From: Candidatus Spongiisociaceae bacterium
GTDB lineage: Bacteria; Actinomycetota; Acidimicrobiia; Spongiisociales; Spongiisociaceae
Assembly (NCBI GenBank): GCA_965202665.1
Contig: OZ241841.1
Span: 1,280,001-1,344,000, forward strand
Length of the DNA: 64,000 nucleotides
Direction: 5' to 3'
Made by a program: the position numbers and the translations under genes. Shown piece after piece: positions 1 through 9,344 of the stretch; the first letter of the stretch is position 1, and every line of letters begins with the position of its first letter. The notes below the pieces were generated by a model. The model saw only the letters and a list, made by a program, of their open reading frames with translations. It did no database searches and was not told the DNA's origin.

Positions 1-330
1 AAAATCTCCCAGGTCGGGCCCCCCTTCGCCGAAAAGGTCCTCCACCCGCACCCGCCGCCCCCGGTAACCCCCACCGGCCCCGAAGCCGCTGAACGCCCCC
101 GCGCCCAAGTCCCGCACCTGGTCGTATTCTTGGCGTTTCTCCGCGTCCGACAGCACCGCGTAGGCTTCTGAAACTTCCTTGAACCGCTCGGCTGCGGCAT
201 CGCCCGGGTTGGTGTCCGGATGAAGTTCTTGGGCCAGCCTGCGATAGGCCTTTTTGATTTCTTCTTCGTCCGCCTCCCGGTCTACGCCCAGCAGCTGGTA
301 GAAGTCCCGCTCCAGCCAGTCGCGATTCAC
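1..330 (-). CDS. dnaJ: DnaJ chaperone, N-terminal part (runs off window start)
   Basis: GTG at 330 gives [16 protein letters not shown]...[20 protein letters not shown]...[13 protein letters not shown]: a J-domain with HPD motif, then a G/F-rich region; follows grpE. Confidence 0.93.
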   Translation of the reverse strand, partial: MNRDWLERDFYQLLGVDREADEEEIKKAYRRLAQELHPDTNPGDAAAERFKEVSEAYAVLSDAEKRQEYDQVRDLGAGAFSGFGAGGGYRGRRVRVEDLFGEGGPDLGDF

Positions 331-346
331 AGCCCGCCCCCGCCGG

Positions 347-1255
347 TCAGTCTTTGCCTACCGGCGTCTCCCCCTCCTCCGGCCCGCCGCCGACCTCCGC
401 CACCCCCGAAACAGAACCGTCCGGCGGCACAACCGCCCCATCTCCAACATCCACCGCATCCGGCTGAACCGCATCCTCCGCCAGCGACTCCGCAGTGTCC
501 TCCCCATTCGTCGAGGAGGCGGACCCCACCTCCACCTCGGCGGGTCGTAGTAGCTTACCGCTCTGATACCGGTAGCCGCGCCGTAACTCGGCTTTCACCA
601 CATCACCGGATCCCTCCGCTATCAGCGCGTCATGCACCGTTGGGTCGAAAGGCATTCCCAGTGTTGCATCCACCAGGGTTAACCCTTCGCGCTTCAAAAC
701 TTCCAGCAACAGGTGGCGTACGCCCTCCATCCCTTTCCGCATGGATTCCGTGGTACTGATCTCGACTTTCAAGGCTGAATCTAAGGCATCCAAAATAGGA
801 ACCAATTCCAGCATCAACCGCTCCGAGGCCTCTTCCTTAGACTTGTGCCTGTCCCGGTCCACGCGTTTGCGGTAATTTTTGTAATCGGCGGTCGTTTGCA
901 CCCAATTACCCTTCATCTCGTCCCGCTCGTTGCGCATCTCGATAAAAGCCTTGGCCAACTCACGGACAGCCTCCGCCGCCGCCTTCGCCTTGCTGATCTC
1001 TTCAGGAACAGGTTCCTCCACCGACTCAACTTCCTTTGAGGCCTGCTCATTTGCCTCAGCCTCCACCGTTAACCCCTCAGATGGCACTGAAGTCTGCTCT
1101 GCTGTCCCTTCTGCCTCGGCCCGGGGTTGCTCAACCGACTCCGCCTCCTCTACCTGCCCCTCGGTCGTTGTCATGTGGTCCTCGGAGGGGACGGGCGGGG
1201 CCTCCCCCTCCGCCGCGGGGGGACCGCCCCGGCGGGATTTCTTTCTGCCCTTCAT
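347..1255 (-). CDS. grpE: Nucleotide exchange factor GrpE with long acidic N- and C-terminal extensions
   Basis: [40 protein letters not shown] motifs; overlaps the dnaK stop. Confidence 0.92.
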   Translation of the reverse strand: MKGRKKSRRGGPPAAEGEAPPVPSEDHMTTTEGQVEEAESVEQPRAEAEGTAEQTSVPSEGLTVEAEANEQASKEVESVEEPVPEEISKAKAAAEAVRELAKAFIEMRNERDEMKGNWVQTTADYKNYRKRVDRDRHKSKEEASERLMLELVPILDALDSALKVEISTTESMRKGMEGVRHLLLEVLKREGLTLVDATLGMPFDPTVHDALIAEGSGDVVKAELRRGYRYQSGKLLRPAEVEVGSASSTNGEDTAESLAEDAVQPDAVDVGDGAVVPPDGSVSGVAEVGGGPEEGETPVGKD

Positions 1256-3099
1256 CGGTCATCCTCCTCTACTATTTCCGCCTCAACCACGTCCTCGTCG
1301 TCAACGGGGGCCGCACCGCCCTCCGGGTAGGCCTGCGCAGAGTCGGCGTAGATTTTCTCCCCCACCACTTGGGAAGCGGTCAGCACCGCCTCCAATTTCT
1401 CTTGGATGTCGGCGGCGGTTGCCGACTCGGCGGCGGCGGCCGCCTTTAGGGAATCCAGCGACTTGTTGATAGTTTCTTTCTCCGCCTTGTCCAACTTGCC
1501 GCCGTGCTCCTCCAAGAGTTTTTCGGTGCGGTGCACCATCTGCTCCGCCCCGTTGCGGGCTTCCGCCAACTCCCGCCGTTTCTGATCTTCAGCCGCATAT
1601 TGCTCGGCGTCCCGAATCATGCGGTCGATTTCATCTTTGGGGAGTTTGGTGCCGCCGGTGATGGTCACGGCCTGCTCCCGGCCGGTGCCTAGATCCTTAG
1701 CGCTCACCTTTACGATGCCGTTGGCGTCGATATCGAAAGTGACCTCGATTTGGGGTACGCCCATGGGGGCAGGGGGAATTCCGGTCAGATTGAACTTGCC
1801 CAGGCTCTTGTTGCCCGCCACCATCGGCCTCTCCCCCTGCAGAACGTTAATCTCCACTTCCGGCTGGTTGTCGGAGGCGGTGGTGAACACCTCCGACCGC
1901 TTGGTGGGAATGGTGGTGTTGCGCTCGATCATCTTGGTCGTCACCCCGCCTTTGGTTTCGATGCCCAAAGTGAGGGAGGTCACATCCAGCAACAGTATGT
2001 CCTTTACGTCCCCGCTCAGCACCCCCGCCTGCAGGGCCGCGCCGATTGCCACCACCTCATCGGGGTTCACCGTCCGGTTGGGCTCTTTGCCAGCCAACTC
2101 CTCCACTATCTCCTGGATGGCGGGCATACGAGTAGAGCCGCCCACCAACAAGAACTCGTCGATATCCGCCCTTTTGATCCCGGCGTCCTCGATGGCCTTG
2201 TTGAAGGGGCCCCGGGTGCGTTCCACCAGGTCGGCGGTTAGGCGCTGGAACTCGGCCCGGGTGATCTTCTGTTCCAGGTGCAGGGGTCCGGCCGCGTTGG
2301 CGGTGATGAATGGCAGGTTAACCGTCGTCTCCGGGACGGAGGACAGCTCGATTTTGGCTTTTTCGGCCGCCTCTTTCAGCCGTTGCAAGGCTTGCAGGCC
2401 CTGGGAGGAGGACCTGTCGGCCGATAAATCCACCCCCTGCTCCTTTTTGAAAGAGTCCACTAGAAACTGGATCAAGGCCTCGTCCCAGTCATCACCGCCC
2501 AGTTGCGTGTCCCCGCTGGTGGATTTGACTTCGAACACCCCATCGGCGATTTCCAACACCGACACGTCGAAGGTGCCTCCGCCCAAGTCATACACCAGGA
2601 TAGTCTGCTCGATGTTCTTGTCGCCCTTGCCCAACTCGAAGGCGAGGGCGGCGGCGGTGGGCTCGTTGACGATGCGCAACACTTCCAAGCCGGCGATTTG
2701 GCCCGCCTCTTTGGTGGCCTGACGTTGGGCGTCGTTGAAATAGGCGGGAACGGTAATCACCGCCTCTTTGATGTTCGTTCCCAGATGAGCTTCGGCGTCC
2801 CGCTTCAGTTTCATCAGGATGAGGGCCGACACCTCCTGGGCGGTGTAGGTTTTGCCGCGCGCTTTGATGGTCCAGTCGGTTCCCATATCCCGCTTTACGG
2901 AGCGCACGGTGAATTCGGGGTTGACCACCGCCTGTCTTTTGGCCACATCCCCCACCAAGAGCTCGCCGTCCTTGTTCCACGCCACCACCGACGGGGTGAG
3001 GCGGTCGCCTTCGGCGTTGGGGATGATGGTGGGCTCGCCGGCTTCCATCACCGCGATCACGCTGTTGGTGGTTCCCAGGTCGATTCCTACGGGCTTCAT
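1252..3099 (-). CDS. dnaK: Chaperone DnaK (Hsp70)
   Basis: [56 protein letters not shown]. Confidence 0.99.
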   Translation of the reverse strand: MKPVGIDLGTTNSVIAVMEAGEPTIIPNAEGDRLTPSVVAWNKDGELLVGDVAKRQAVVNPEFTVRSVKRDMGTDWTIKARGKTYTAQEVSALILMKLKRDAEAHLGTNIKEAVITVPAYFNDAQRQATKEAGQIAGLEVLRIVNEPTAAALAFELGKGDKNIEQTILVYDLGGGTFDVSVLEIADGVFEVKSTSGDTQLGGDDWDEALIQFLVDSFKKEQGVDLSADRSSSQGLQALQRLKEAAEKAKIELSSVPETTVNLPFITANAAGPLHLEQKITRAEFQRLTADLVERTRGPFNKAIEDAGIKRADIDEFLLVGGSTRMPAIQEIVEELAGKEPNRTVNPDEVVAIGAALQAGVLSGDVKDILLLDVTSLTLGIETKGGVTTKMIERNTTIPTKRSEVFTTASDNQPEVEINVLQGERPMVAGNKSLGKFNLTGIPPAPMGVPQIEVTFDIDANGIVKVSAKDLGTGREQAVTITGGTKLPKDEIDRMIRDAEQYAAEDQKRRELAEARNGAEQMVHRTEKLLEEHGGKLDKAEKETINKSLDSLKAAAAAESATAADIQEKLEAVLTASQVVGEKIYADSAQAYPEGGAAPVDDEDVVEAEIVEEDDR

Positions 3100-3200
3100 C
3101 GTTTGGCTTTCCTTTCTGATGGTTTCATCTGTTTCCGGTTTATTATGCCTTGCCGGTGCGACAAACTACCAAACGCGCGGGTTGGACGCCTTGCTATTTT

Positions 3201-3230
3201 AGCATATCTGATAGTTATAACCTTAGTCAA
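3201..3230 (-). promoter_or_regulatory. Sigma70-type promoter of dnaK operon (TTGACT-N18-TATGCT)
   Basis: Minus-strand -35 TTGACT (3230-3225) and -10 TATGCT (3206-3201) in an AT-rich island ~100 bp upstream of dnaK; contains the palindrome GTTATAAC. Confidence 0.65.
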
Positions 3231-3260
3231 TCCGTATCATATTCCCCACTCGTTCGCTGT

Positions 3261-3353
3261 TTACAATCTGAGCAGTTGGATGGTGAACACAACTCCGGCT
3301 ACTCCGATGGCCGCTAGCAGGGCCAACACCATAATTACGGTGCCCGGACGCAC
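3261..3353 (-). CDS. Small single-TM membrane peptide (30 aa)
   Basis: GTG at 3353, 13 nt after the cytochrome c stop: MRPGTVIMVLALLAAIGVAGVVFTIQLLRL. Confidence 0.55.
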   Translation of the reverse strand: MRPGTVIMVLALLAAIGVAGVVFTIQLLRL

Positions 3354-3366
3354 AGCCGCAACCGAT

Positions 3367-4341
3367 TTAGGCCTCGGCGGGGGTTTCGCCTTCGGCGGCG
3401 TCCCCCTCCGGGTCGGCCAAACCGCAATCGACCACCGCCTCCGCCGGGTCCTGGCCGCCGAACACCACCCGCTCATAGAAGACCACCGCCGTCAGTTCCT
3501 CCTCGGTCAGGTTGTCGAAGGAGGGCATCTGCCCGCCCGCTCCCACCGGTTTGCCGGTGTCGCCGTAGGTGGTGCGGTTGGCCGCCTCGAAACCGGTGGT
3601 GCCCAGCCGCACCCATTCCAAATGGTCGACGCACATGGAGAAGGTGGACAGCACCGCTCCGGCCAAAGCGGGGCCGGTGCCGCCTCCGCCGCCCGCCCCA
3701 TGGCAGGATTCGCAACTGGAAGCGGCGGCGTATACGGCCTGCCCTTGGCCGACAACCGCTCGGACGTCCACTCCCCCCGCCCCGCCGGCGGCCGCGAATT
3801 CGGAGCCGTCGCAATTCTCCACCTCCCCAGTGAGCCGATCCACCGCCAACTGGCCGCCCTCCCCGCAAGTGGGCCCGCCCGCGAAACTGATCAGGTAGGT
3901 GAGGCCCACCAGCGGCACCACCGCGAACAACAAACCCAGCCAGCGGGGAACGGTCGCCGACACCCTTTCCAGAATTCCGGCGACGGGGGCGGTCACCACC
4001 GCCTCGTAGTCGCCCGCTTCGGCCAAACCCACCCGCTCCGGAGCCGGGGGCCCGGCCGCAACGGCCGCCGCAGCCGGGGCGGGGGCGGCGGGAACGGGGG
4101 CGGCGGACGGGGCCGGGGCGGACTCCGTTGCGGCGGCGGTCTCCTCGGGAGCGGGAGCGGATGGGGCTGGCGCCGACTCCGCCGGAGCGGGGCCGGCGGG
4201 GGCCGGGGCTCCGCCCGCCCACGCCGTCAAAATCTCCTCCACGGTCACCCCGGCGGCGGCCGCCCGGGCGGCGGCGGAACGTTCCACCAGGGATTCGGGG
4301 GCTTCCATAGCGGCCGCGGCGGCGGCCAGCAGTTCGCTCAT
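3367..4341 (-). CDS. Membrane-anchored monohaem cytochrome c with N-terminal helical motif and Pro/Ala linker
   Basis: CESCH haem motif, GPAL, distal GQMPSF; one TM (WLGLLFAVVPLVGLTYLISF); 4-bp overlap with the upstream gene. Confidence 0.88.
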   Translation of the reverse strand: MSELLAAAAAAMEAPESLVERSAAARAAAAGVTVEEILTAWAGGAPAPAGPAPAESAPAPSAPAPEETAAATESAPAPSAAPVPAAPAPAAAAVAAGPPAPERVGLAEAGDYEAVVTAPVAGILERVSATVPRWLGLLFAVVPLVGLTYLISFAGGPTCGEGGQLAVDRLTGEVENCDGSEFAAAGGAGGVDVRAVVGQGQAVYAAASSCESCHGAGGGGGTGPALAGAVLSTFSMCVDHLEWVRLGTTGFEAANRTTYGDTGKPVGAGGQMPSFDNLTEEELTAVVFYERVVFGGQDPAEAVVDCGLADPEGDAAEGETPAEA

Positions 4342-5144
4342 TTCAGCTCCGTCAGATAGGCGGCCAGCGTCTCCAAGTCGCGGGCCGACAGGTAAGCGTA
4401 GGAGGGATGGAGGGCGCCGGGGGCGGCCTCGCCGGGATTAACCAGGAAATTAATTACGCCGGAGGCGGCGAGCGTCCCTTCCTCGGCCCCGTAACCGGGA
4501 CGGGCCCCCACTTTGGACAGGTCGGGCCCCAAGCGGCGAATCCCGAAACTGGCGTTTTTCAGGGAATCGGAGTAGGTCTCAGTCGCCGGACCCAGCCCTA
4601 CGTCGGCCAGCACCGGACGCACCAGCTGGGTGTGGCAGTACCAACATCCTTCCCGCAGATAGACGTCCCGTCCCGCCTCCGCCGCGCCGCTCAACACCGG
4701 ATCCCCCACCAAGTGGGTGAAGTCGCCTCCGGTGCGGGCCGGGATGGCCATGGCGACGATCACCGCCGTGGCAAACAAACCCAAAACCGCCAGCCAGACG
4801 GCCAACGGGCGGAAAGGCCGTCCCTCCAAGATGGGGGTGGCCCGGCGGCGGGCGGCCGGAGCGGGAGCGGCCGCCGGAGCGGACACGGCGACGGGCGCAG
4901 GAGGGGCGGGGGCGGCCGGGGCGGGAGCGGGGGAGGTGGCGGGTTCGGCGGACGGGGGCGGGGCGGAAACTTCTTTGGCGGGGGGGGCCGGGGCGGCGGC
5001 GGGCATGGGAGCGTCACCCGCCCAGGCCGCCAACACCTCCTCCGTGGTGGAACCGGCGGCGGCCGCCCGGGCCGCGGCCGAGCGTTCCACCAGATGCTCG
5101 GGAGCTTCCAGCGCGGCGGCCGCGGCCGCCAAACGATCACTCAT
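4338..5144 (-). CDS. ccoO: cbb3-type oxidase subunit II (CcoO/FixO)-like monohaem cytochrome c
   Basis: GRDVYLREGCWYCHTQLVRP and GIRRLGPDLSKVG match CcoO hallmarks; start taken at ATG 5144 (MSDRLAAA); distal Met position reads GALHPSY. Confidence 0.85.
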   Translation of the reverse strand: MSDRLAAAAAALEAPEHLVERSAAARAAAAGSTTEEVLAAWAGDAPMPAAAPAPPAKEVSAPPPSAEPATSPAPAPAAPAPPAPVAVSAPAAAPAPAARRRATPILEGRPFRPLAVWLAVLGLFATAVIVAMAIPARTGGDFTHLVGDPVLSGAAEAGRDVYLREGCWYCHTQLVRPVLADVGLGPATETYSDSLKNASFGIRRLGPDLSKVGARPGYGAEEGTLAASGVINFLVNPGEAAPGALHPSYAYLSARDLETLAAYLTELK

Positions 5145-5476
5145 CCCCGCCTCCCCCGGCCCCGCCGCGTAGCCGGGACTCTGAGATAAACGGACGCCGC
5201 CGACCCGCCCTCGCAAAAGTTCTGCGCCGCCCGCCCCGGAAACCGCAACCGCCGAAACGTCGCTCACCCCCCGCCGCCCCGCTGTCACACCCAACACGGC
5301 CAACGCCCCCGCCGGATGCGGCACGGCACCGATGCCGCGCAACGCACGCACCGACAACCCGGCCCCCGGCGACCGGTCCCCGGCGACCGCCTCGCGCCGT
5401 CCGGAGCCCGGGAGCGCCCGCCCCGGAAACCGCAGGCGCCGAACGTTGCGCCGGGCTCGCCGCGGCCGCCGACGGA

Positions 5477-6922
5477 TCACTCATTCTCGTTTTCCCCAGC
5501 CGGCGCGTCCGGGGCGCCCACCGCCGCCAGCACTTCCACCGGGGCCGCCTCCCCCGACATATAGGTTCGCGCCACCGACCACGCCAGCAAGCCCACCCCC
5601 GCCGCCGCGGCGACGGCCGCTCCCGCCGCCAGCGTGTACAAAGGAGAGACCCCGTCCAGAATGCTCCCGAACCCGGCCCCCGCGTTGCGCAACGCCCCGG
5701 CCGCGTTGGCCCAGTTCCAAGACAGGCCGGTCACCAACCCGGCCACTAGCAACAGGCCGCAGGCAACCGCCCCGCCCCACAAAGTCAGGCGCACCCCCGC
5801 CCCCACCGTGCGGGTTGAAAACACTTCCCGGCCGGTCAGCCGGGGAAAAGCGTACAGGACAAACCCCAGGCCCAGCAACGGAACCGCCGCCAGAACCAAG
5901 CCCAGATCCAGCCCCTCCTGCCAAGCGGTCAGGCCCACCGCGGCCGACACCGACCGGAACCCGGACAGCCCGGTCAGCCCGGTGACCGCGGCGTACATCA
6001 TCACCCCCGCCATAGTGGCCAAAAGGGCGGGCCGGGCGCGGGACTCCTCCCAGCCTCCTTGCAAAGTCATCGTCAAATTGACCGCCACCGCCAGGGCGGA
6101 CAATCCCAAACCCATGGCGGCCACCGCCGCCACCGACTCCATCCAAGCGGGGGCGGGACCGCTCATGTAACGGGCCGGGGCGGCCAGCAACCCGGCCCCC
6201 GCCAAAGTCCAAAACCCGGCCCGGGCCAACCCGCCGGAAAACAGGGGGCGTCCGCTGTCGCGGGCCACCGTGAAATAGGCGGCCCCCAAAGCGGCGGCCG
6301 GGAAAGCCACCGTCAGCGCCCCGCCCGAAACCAAGCCGGCCTGCAAGAAAGTTCCGATTCCGGTCAGGCCGGGAAGGGAGCCGGTTACGTACAGGGCCGG
6401 ATACCACCACAGCGCGGCCAGCACGTAGTAGAGGGAAATGTAGGACCCGCTTTCAGTGCGACGGCGCCAGATATCGGCCGCCGACAGGGCCGCGAACAGC
6501 ATGCAGGCGGCCAGCCCCCAGTCGATCACCGGCGGGAATTCGGCGAGCTCCGTCCCGGACGGCCCCCGGAACATGACCAGAACCGACCCCGCCGCAACCA
6601 ACCCGGCGTAGACAAGGCCGTTGAGCAGGGCGGCCCGTTCCCAACGCAAAGGGGCCCCGGTCAGCCGGGGAATCAGATAGTAGGCGGCGGCCTGGGTGAG
6701 GACGCCGCCCGCCCCGTACACCAGCAGGTTGTAAGCGGCGGGGCGCAGGCGGCCGTAGGAAAGAGGAGCGGCGGCGTCGAAGAGGACGGGAACCGCCAGT
6801 TTGATCATCAGCAGGGCGGCCAAAGCGGCCCCCGCCGCTAGGAAAAGGCAGGCGATCAACATCAAACCGGCGGCCGCCCCCGCCGCGCCGATCGGATTGT
6901 CTCTGGCAGTGGCCTGCGTCAA
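5477..6922 (-). CDS. ccoN: cbb3-type oxidase subunit I (CcoN)-like polytopic membrane protein lacking all metal-ligand histidines
   Basis: LSYGRLRP, YYLIPRLTG, ELAEFP, RPLFS..L...GFW, PAW, FPRLTGREVFS; about 12 TM segments; no His in 481 aa; TTG start with AAGGAG RBS. Confidence 0.82.
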   Translation of the reverse strand: MTQATARDNPIGAAGAAAGLMLIACLFLAAGAALAALLMIKLAVPVLFDAAAPLSYGRLRPAAYNLLVYGAGGVLTQAAAYYLIPRLTGAPLRWERAALLNGLVYAGLVAAGSVLVMFRGPSGTELAEFPPVIDWGLAACMLFAALSAADIWRRRTESGSYISLYYVLAALWWYPALYVTGSLPGLTGIGTFLQAGLVSGGALTVAFPAAALGAAYFTVARDSGRPLFSGGLARAGFWTLAGAGLLAAPARYMSGPAPAWMESVAAVAAMGLGLSALAVAVNLTMTLQGGWEESRARPALLATMAGVMMYAAVTGLTGLSGFRSVSAAVGLTAWQEGLDLGLVLAAVPLLGLGFVLYAFPRLTGREVFSTRTVGAGVRLTLWGGAVACGLLLVAGLVTGLSWNWANAAGALRNAGAGFGSILDGVSPLYTLAAGAAVAAAAGVGLLAWSVARTYMSGEAAPVEVLAAVGAPDAPAGENENE

Positions 6923-7137
6923 GCCCTACTCCTTACTCCGTTCTTCGTTCCGCCCCGGGCCGCCATTTGGAGCATACCGGGCGCCGCCCCGACCGCTTCC
7001 CCTTTCCGGTGCGCCGGGCGGTTAACATATCAGGGACGGACCCGGCGTCCTCTATTCTAATGACGCCGCCCCCGGACAAACAGCCTCCGGCGGCGGACGG
7101 GAGAAACGGGATGGCCGGTTTAGCCGCGGCGGGCTTT

Positions 7138-7155
7138 TATGCTATCAATAGCATA
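7138..7155. promoter_or_regulatory. Perfect 8-2-8 palindrome TATGCTAT-CA-ATAGCATA between the divergent respiratory operons
   Basis: AT-rich inverted repeat in a GC-rich intergenic region; each strand carries a TATGCT -10-like hexamer. Confidence 0.6.
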
Positions 7156-7219
7156 GAACCGGCGGGGCGGTCCAACGCCGGCGAAGGCTGACCTAGCGGA
7201 GACGGAGACAAGCCACCAG

Positions 7220-7996
7220 ATGCTGCAACGCAAGCTTCGGCAAATAAGCGACCGGGAACGTTCCCGCCTCGGCTGGGCCGTTTTTACGCTGGGCTTGGCC
7301 GCCCTGATCGTCGGCATCTGGTTCAACCATTACTCCAATTTTCCTTCGGTGGAAACGGTGACCATCCCCACCGCCGAAGCGGCCAGCGTGCAGGCGGGCG
7401 ATGTCATCATCTACGATCGGCTACCGCATGTGGTGGACCGCACCCCGGTCATCGACCCCTCCCTGCCGCAGACCACGGTGGATCTGCGAATCGAGGTGGA
7501 CTATTTCGGATGGGTGCCCCGGGACTGCCTGATTGCGGGCGGGGACTGGTGCCTGCCCTGGTCCACCTTGGGACATTTGGTCGCCTTGGGGGGCAGCCAG
7601 CTGATGTTGCTGGGGCTGGTCCTGGCCCTGATCCTCGGACGGCGGATGACTTGGGCTTTGGCCTCCTTCGCCGCGTTTTTGGCAATGCTGGAGCTGGTGA
7701 TCTTGCTGGGCAACGTGGCCTCGGAATGGCTCAACTTGGCCCAAGGCCCGCTCAACTGGACCGAGCAGAACGACGCCTTCGTCATCTGGCCCCCCCTGGT
7801 GCTGGGCAACAACGTGGGGATCAGCTGGGGGGCCATCAAGGACTTTGTTTCCATTAACTACAATATGGGGGTTCTCACCTTTATTATTCTGTTCGCCCGG
7901 TTCGTCCAGAAACTGGGCGGCCCCGCCCCGGCGGAGGAGCCGGCCGAAGAGGCCGTTTCCCCCTACGGGCGGCCGTTGGTCAAAGGAGTCAAGTAG
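7220..7996 (+). CDS. Uncharacterised multi-pass membrane protein, first gene of the Rieske/cytochrome b operon
   Basis: About 4 hydrophobic segments, GGAG RBS, C-terminal SPYGRPLVKG; stop abuts the ferredoxin start. Confidence 0.8.
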   Translation: MLQRKLRQISDRERSRLGWAVFTLGLAALIVGIWFNHYSNFPSVETVTIPTAEAASVQAGDVIIYDRLPHVVDRTPVIDPSLPQTTVDLRIEVDYFGWVPRDCLIAGGDWCLPWSTLGHLVALGGSQLMLLGLVLALILGRRMTWALASFAAFLAMLELVILLGNVASEWLNLAQGPLNWTEQNDAFVIWPPLVLGNNVGISWGAIKDFVSINYNMGVLTFIILFARFVQKLGGPAPAEEPAEEAVSPYGRPLVKGVK

Positions 7997-8452
7997 ATGG
8001 CCAAAACCCAGGTCTGGTTCGAGACGCCCCCCTTCCGGGACGACTACCAGCTGGCCATGGTGGACGCCGAATATGTGGACAGCCAGGTGCGGCCCAAGCA
8101 GTTCCTGCACATCAACCAGGCGGAATGCATTATCTGCGAGGGGTGCGTGGACATCTGCCCCTGGAAATGCATCCATTACCTTTCGTTGGACGCCATCGAC
8201 GAGGCGCACGGGGTGGAGCACCCGACGGACGGGGCGGACAACATGGGGTTTTTCGTGGTGGACGAATATGAGTGCACCCGTTGCCAACTGTGCATCGACC
8301 GTTGCCCCACCAACGTGATTTCCATCGGCAAATTCGAAGGGTCGGTCACCGACGCCGCCCTCAACGCCGGGTTGATCGACTCGGCGCCGTGGGACATCGA
8401 CACCGGGGCCCGCGATTTCAAAAACGGATACACCTACGGGATGAGATGGTGA
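7997..8452 (+). CDS. 2x[4Fe-4S] dicluster ferredoxin
   Basis: [12 protein letters not shown] and [12 protein letters not shown]. Confidence 0.93.
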   Translation: MAKTQVWFETPPFRDDYQLAMVDAEYVDSQVRPKQFLHINQAECIICEGCVDICPWKCIHYLSLDAIDEAHGVEHPTDGADNMGFFVVDEYECTRCQLCIDRCPTNVISIGKFEGSVTDAALNAGLIDSAPWDIDTGARDFKNGYTYGMRW

Positions 8453-8462
8453 GGAGGTTGAG

Positions 8463-9236
8463 ATGGCGAACGGCGACCGGGTGAGCCTGCGGGAGCGGAT
8501 CGCGTCCGCCGGCGAATCGTTCCGGGCCAGTCCGTTTTGGGAGTCCATGTTCCGGCCCGGTTCCCCTTTCAAGAAAGGTTACAGCGACAGCCCCCGCAAC
8601 CGCTCCTACGTGATAATGAACAACGTGCTCTACCACCTGCATCCGGTGAAGGTGAAGCGGCACGGGGTGCGCCTCTCCTACACGTTGTGCCTGGGAGGGT
8701 TGAGTTTTTTCCTGTTCATTCTGCTCACCATCACCGGCATTTTCCTGATGTTCTATTACCGCCCCACCTCCCCCGCCGCCTACATCGACGTGGAGGCCCT
8801 GTCAACTTCGGTGGCCTTTGGGTCGCTGGTGCGCAATTTGCACCGCTGGGGGGCGCATTTGATGGTGCTGACCGTGTTTCTGCATATGTCGCGCGTGTTC
8901 TACCATGGGGCTTACAAGCCGCCCCGGGAGTTCAACTGGGTGGTGGGGGTGGTGCTGTTGCTGCTCACCTTGTTGCTTTCTTTTACCGGCTATCTGTTGC
9001 CGTGGGATCAGTTGGCGCTGTGGGCGGTGACGGTGGGCACCAACATGGCCGGGTTTACGCCCCTGTTCGGCAACCAGGTCAAATTCGCCTTGCTGGGGGG
9101 GGTGGAGGTGACCGGCAACACCTTGCTCCGCTTCTACGTGTTACATGTGTTGTTCCTGCCGTTCATCATCGTCATTTTCATGGCCGTCCACTTCTGGCGG
9201 GTGCGCAAAGACGGCGGAATTTCGGGGCCGTTATGA
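8463..9236 (+). CDS. petB: Cytochrome b6-type subunit (N-terminal half of a split cytochrome b)
   Basis: YTLCLGG (haem ci Cys), HRWGAH...[19 protein letters not shown]-x14-H, C-terminal GISGPL. Confidence 0.93.
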   Translation: MANGDRVSLRERIASAGESFRASPFWESMFRPGSPFKKGYSDSPRNRSYVIMNNVLYHLHPVKVKRHGVRLSYTLCLGGLSFFLFILLTITGIFLMFYYRPTSPAAYIDVEALSTSVAFGSLVRNLHRWGAHLMVLTVFLHMSRVFYHGAYKPPREFNWVVGVVLLLLTLLLSFTGYLLPWDQLALWAVTVGTNMAGFTPLFGNQVKFALLGGVEVTGNTLLRFYVLHVLFLPFIIVIFMAVHFWRVRKDGGISGPL

Positions 9237-9344
9237 ACGGGCTGACCGCTCGTTGCGGCCGACCGGTGAGATTTGGCCGGGGGCCGGGTTTGTTACTCCT
9301 TTCTTCTCCCGGTCCCCGGCCATCCCCAAAACTGGGCGGAGGCG

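Noticed and set aside
540-1140. grpE looks more AT-rich than its neighbours (possible foreign origin)
   Set aside because: It sits in canonical dnaK-grpE-dnaJ order with coupling; the shift was not quantified and could reflect amino-acid composition
5145-5480. N-terminal extension of CcoO in the 380-aa ORF
   Set aside because: It is low-complexity and Arg/Gly-rich; the shared N-terminal motif marks ATG 5144 as the start
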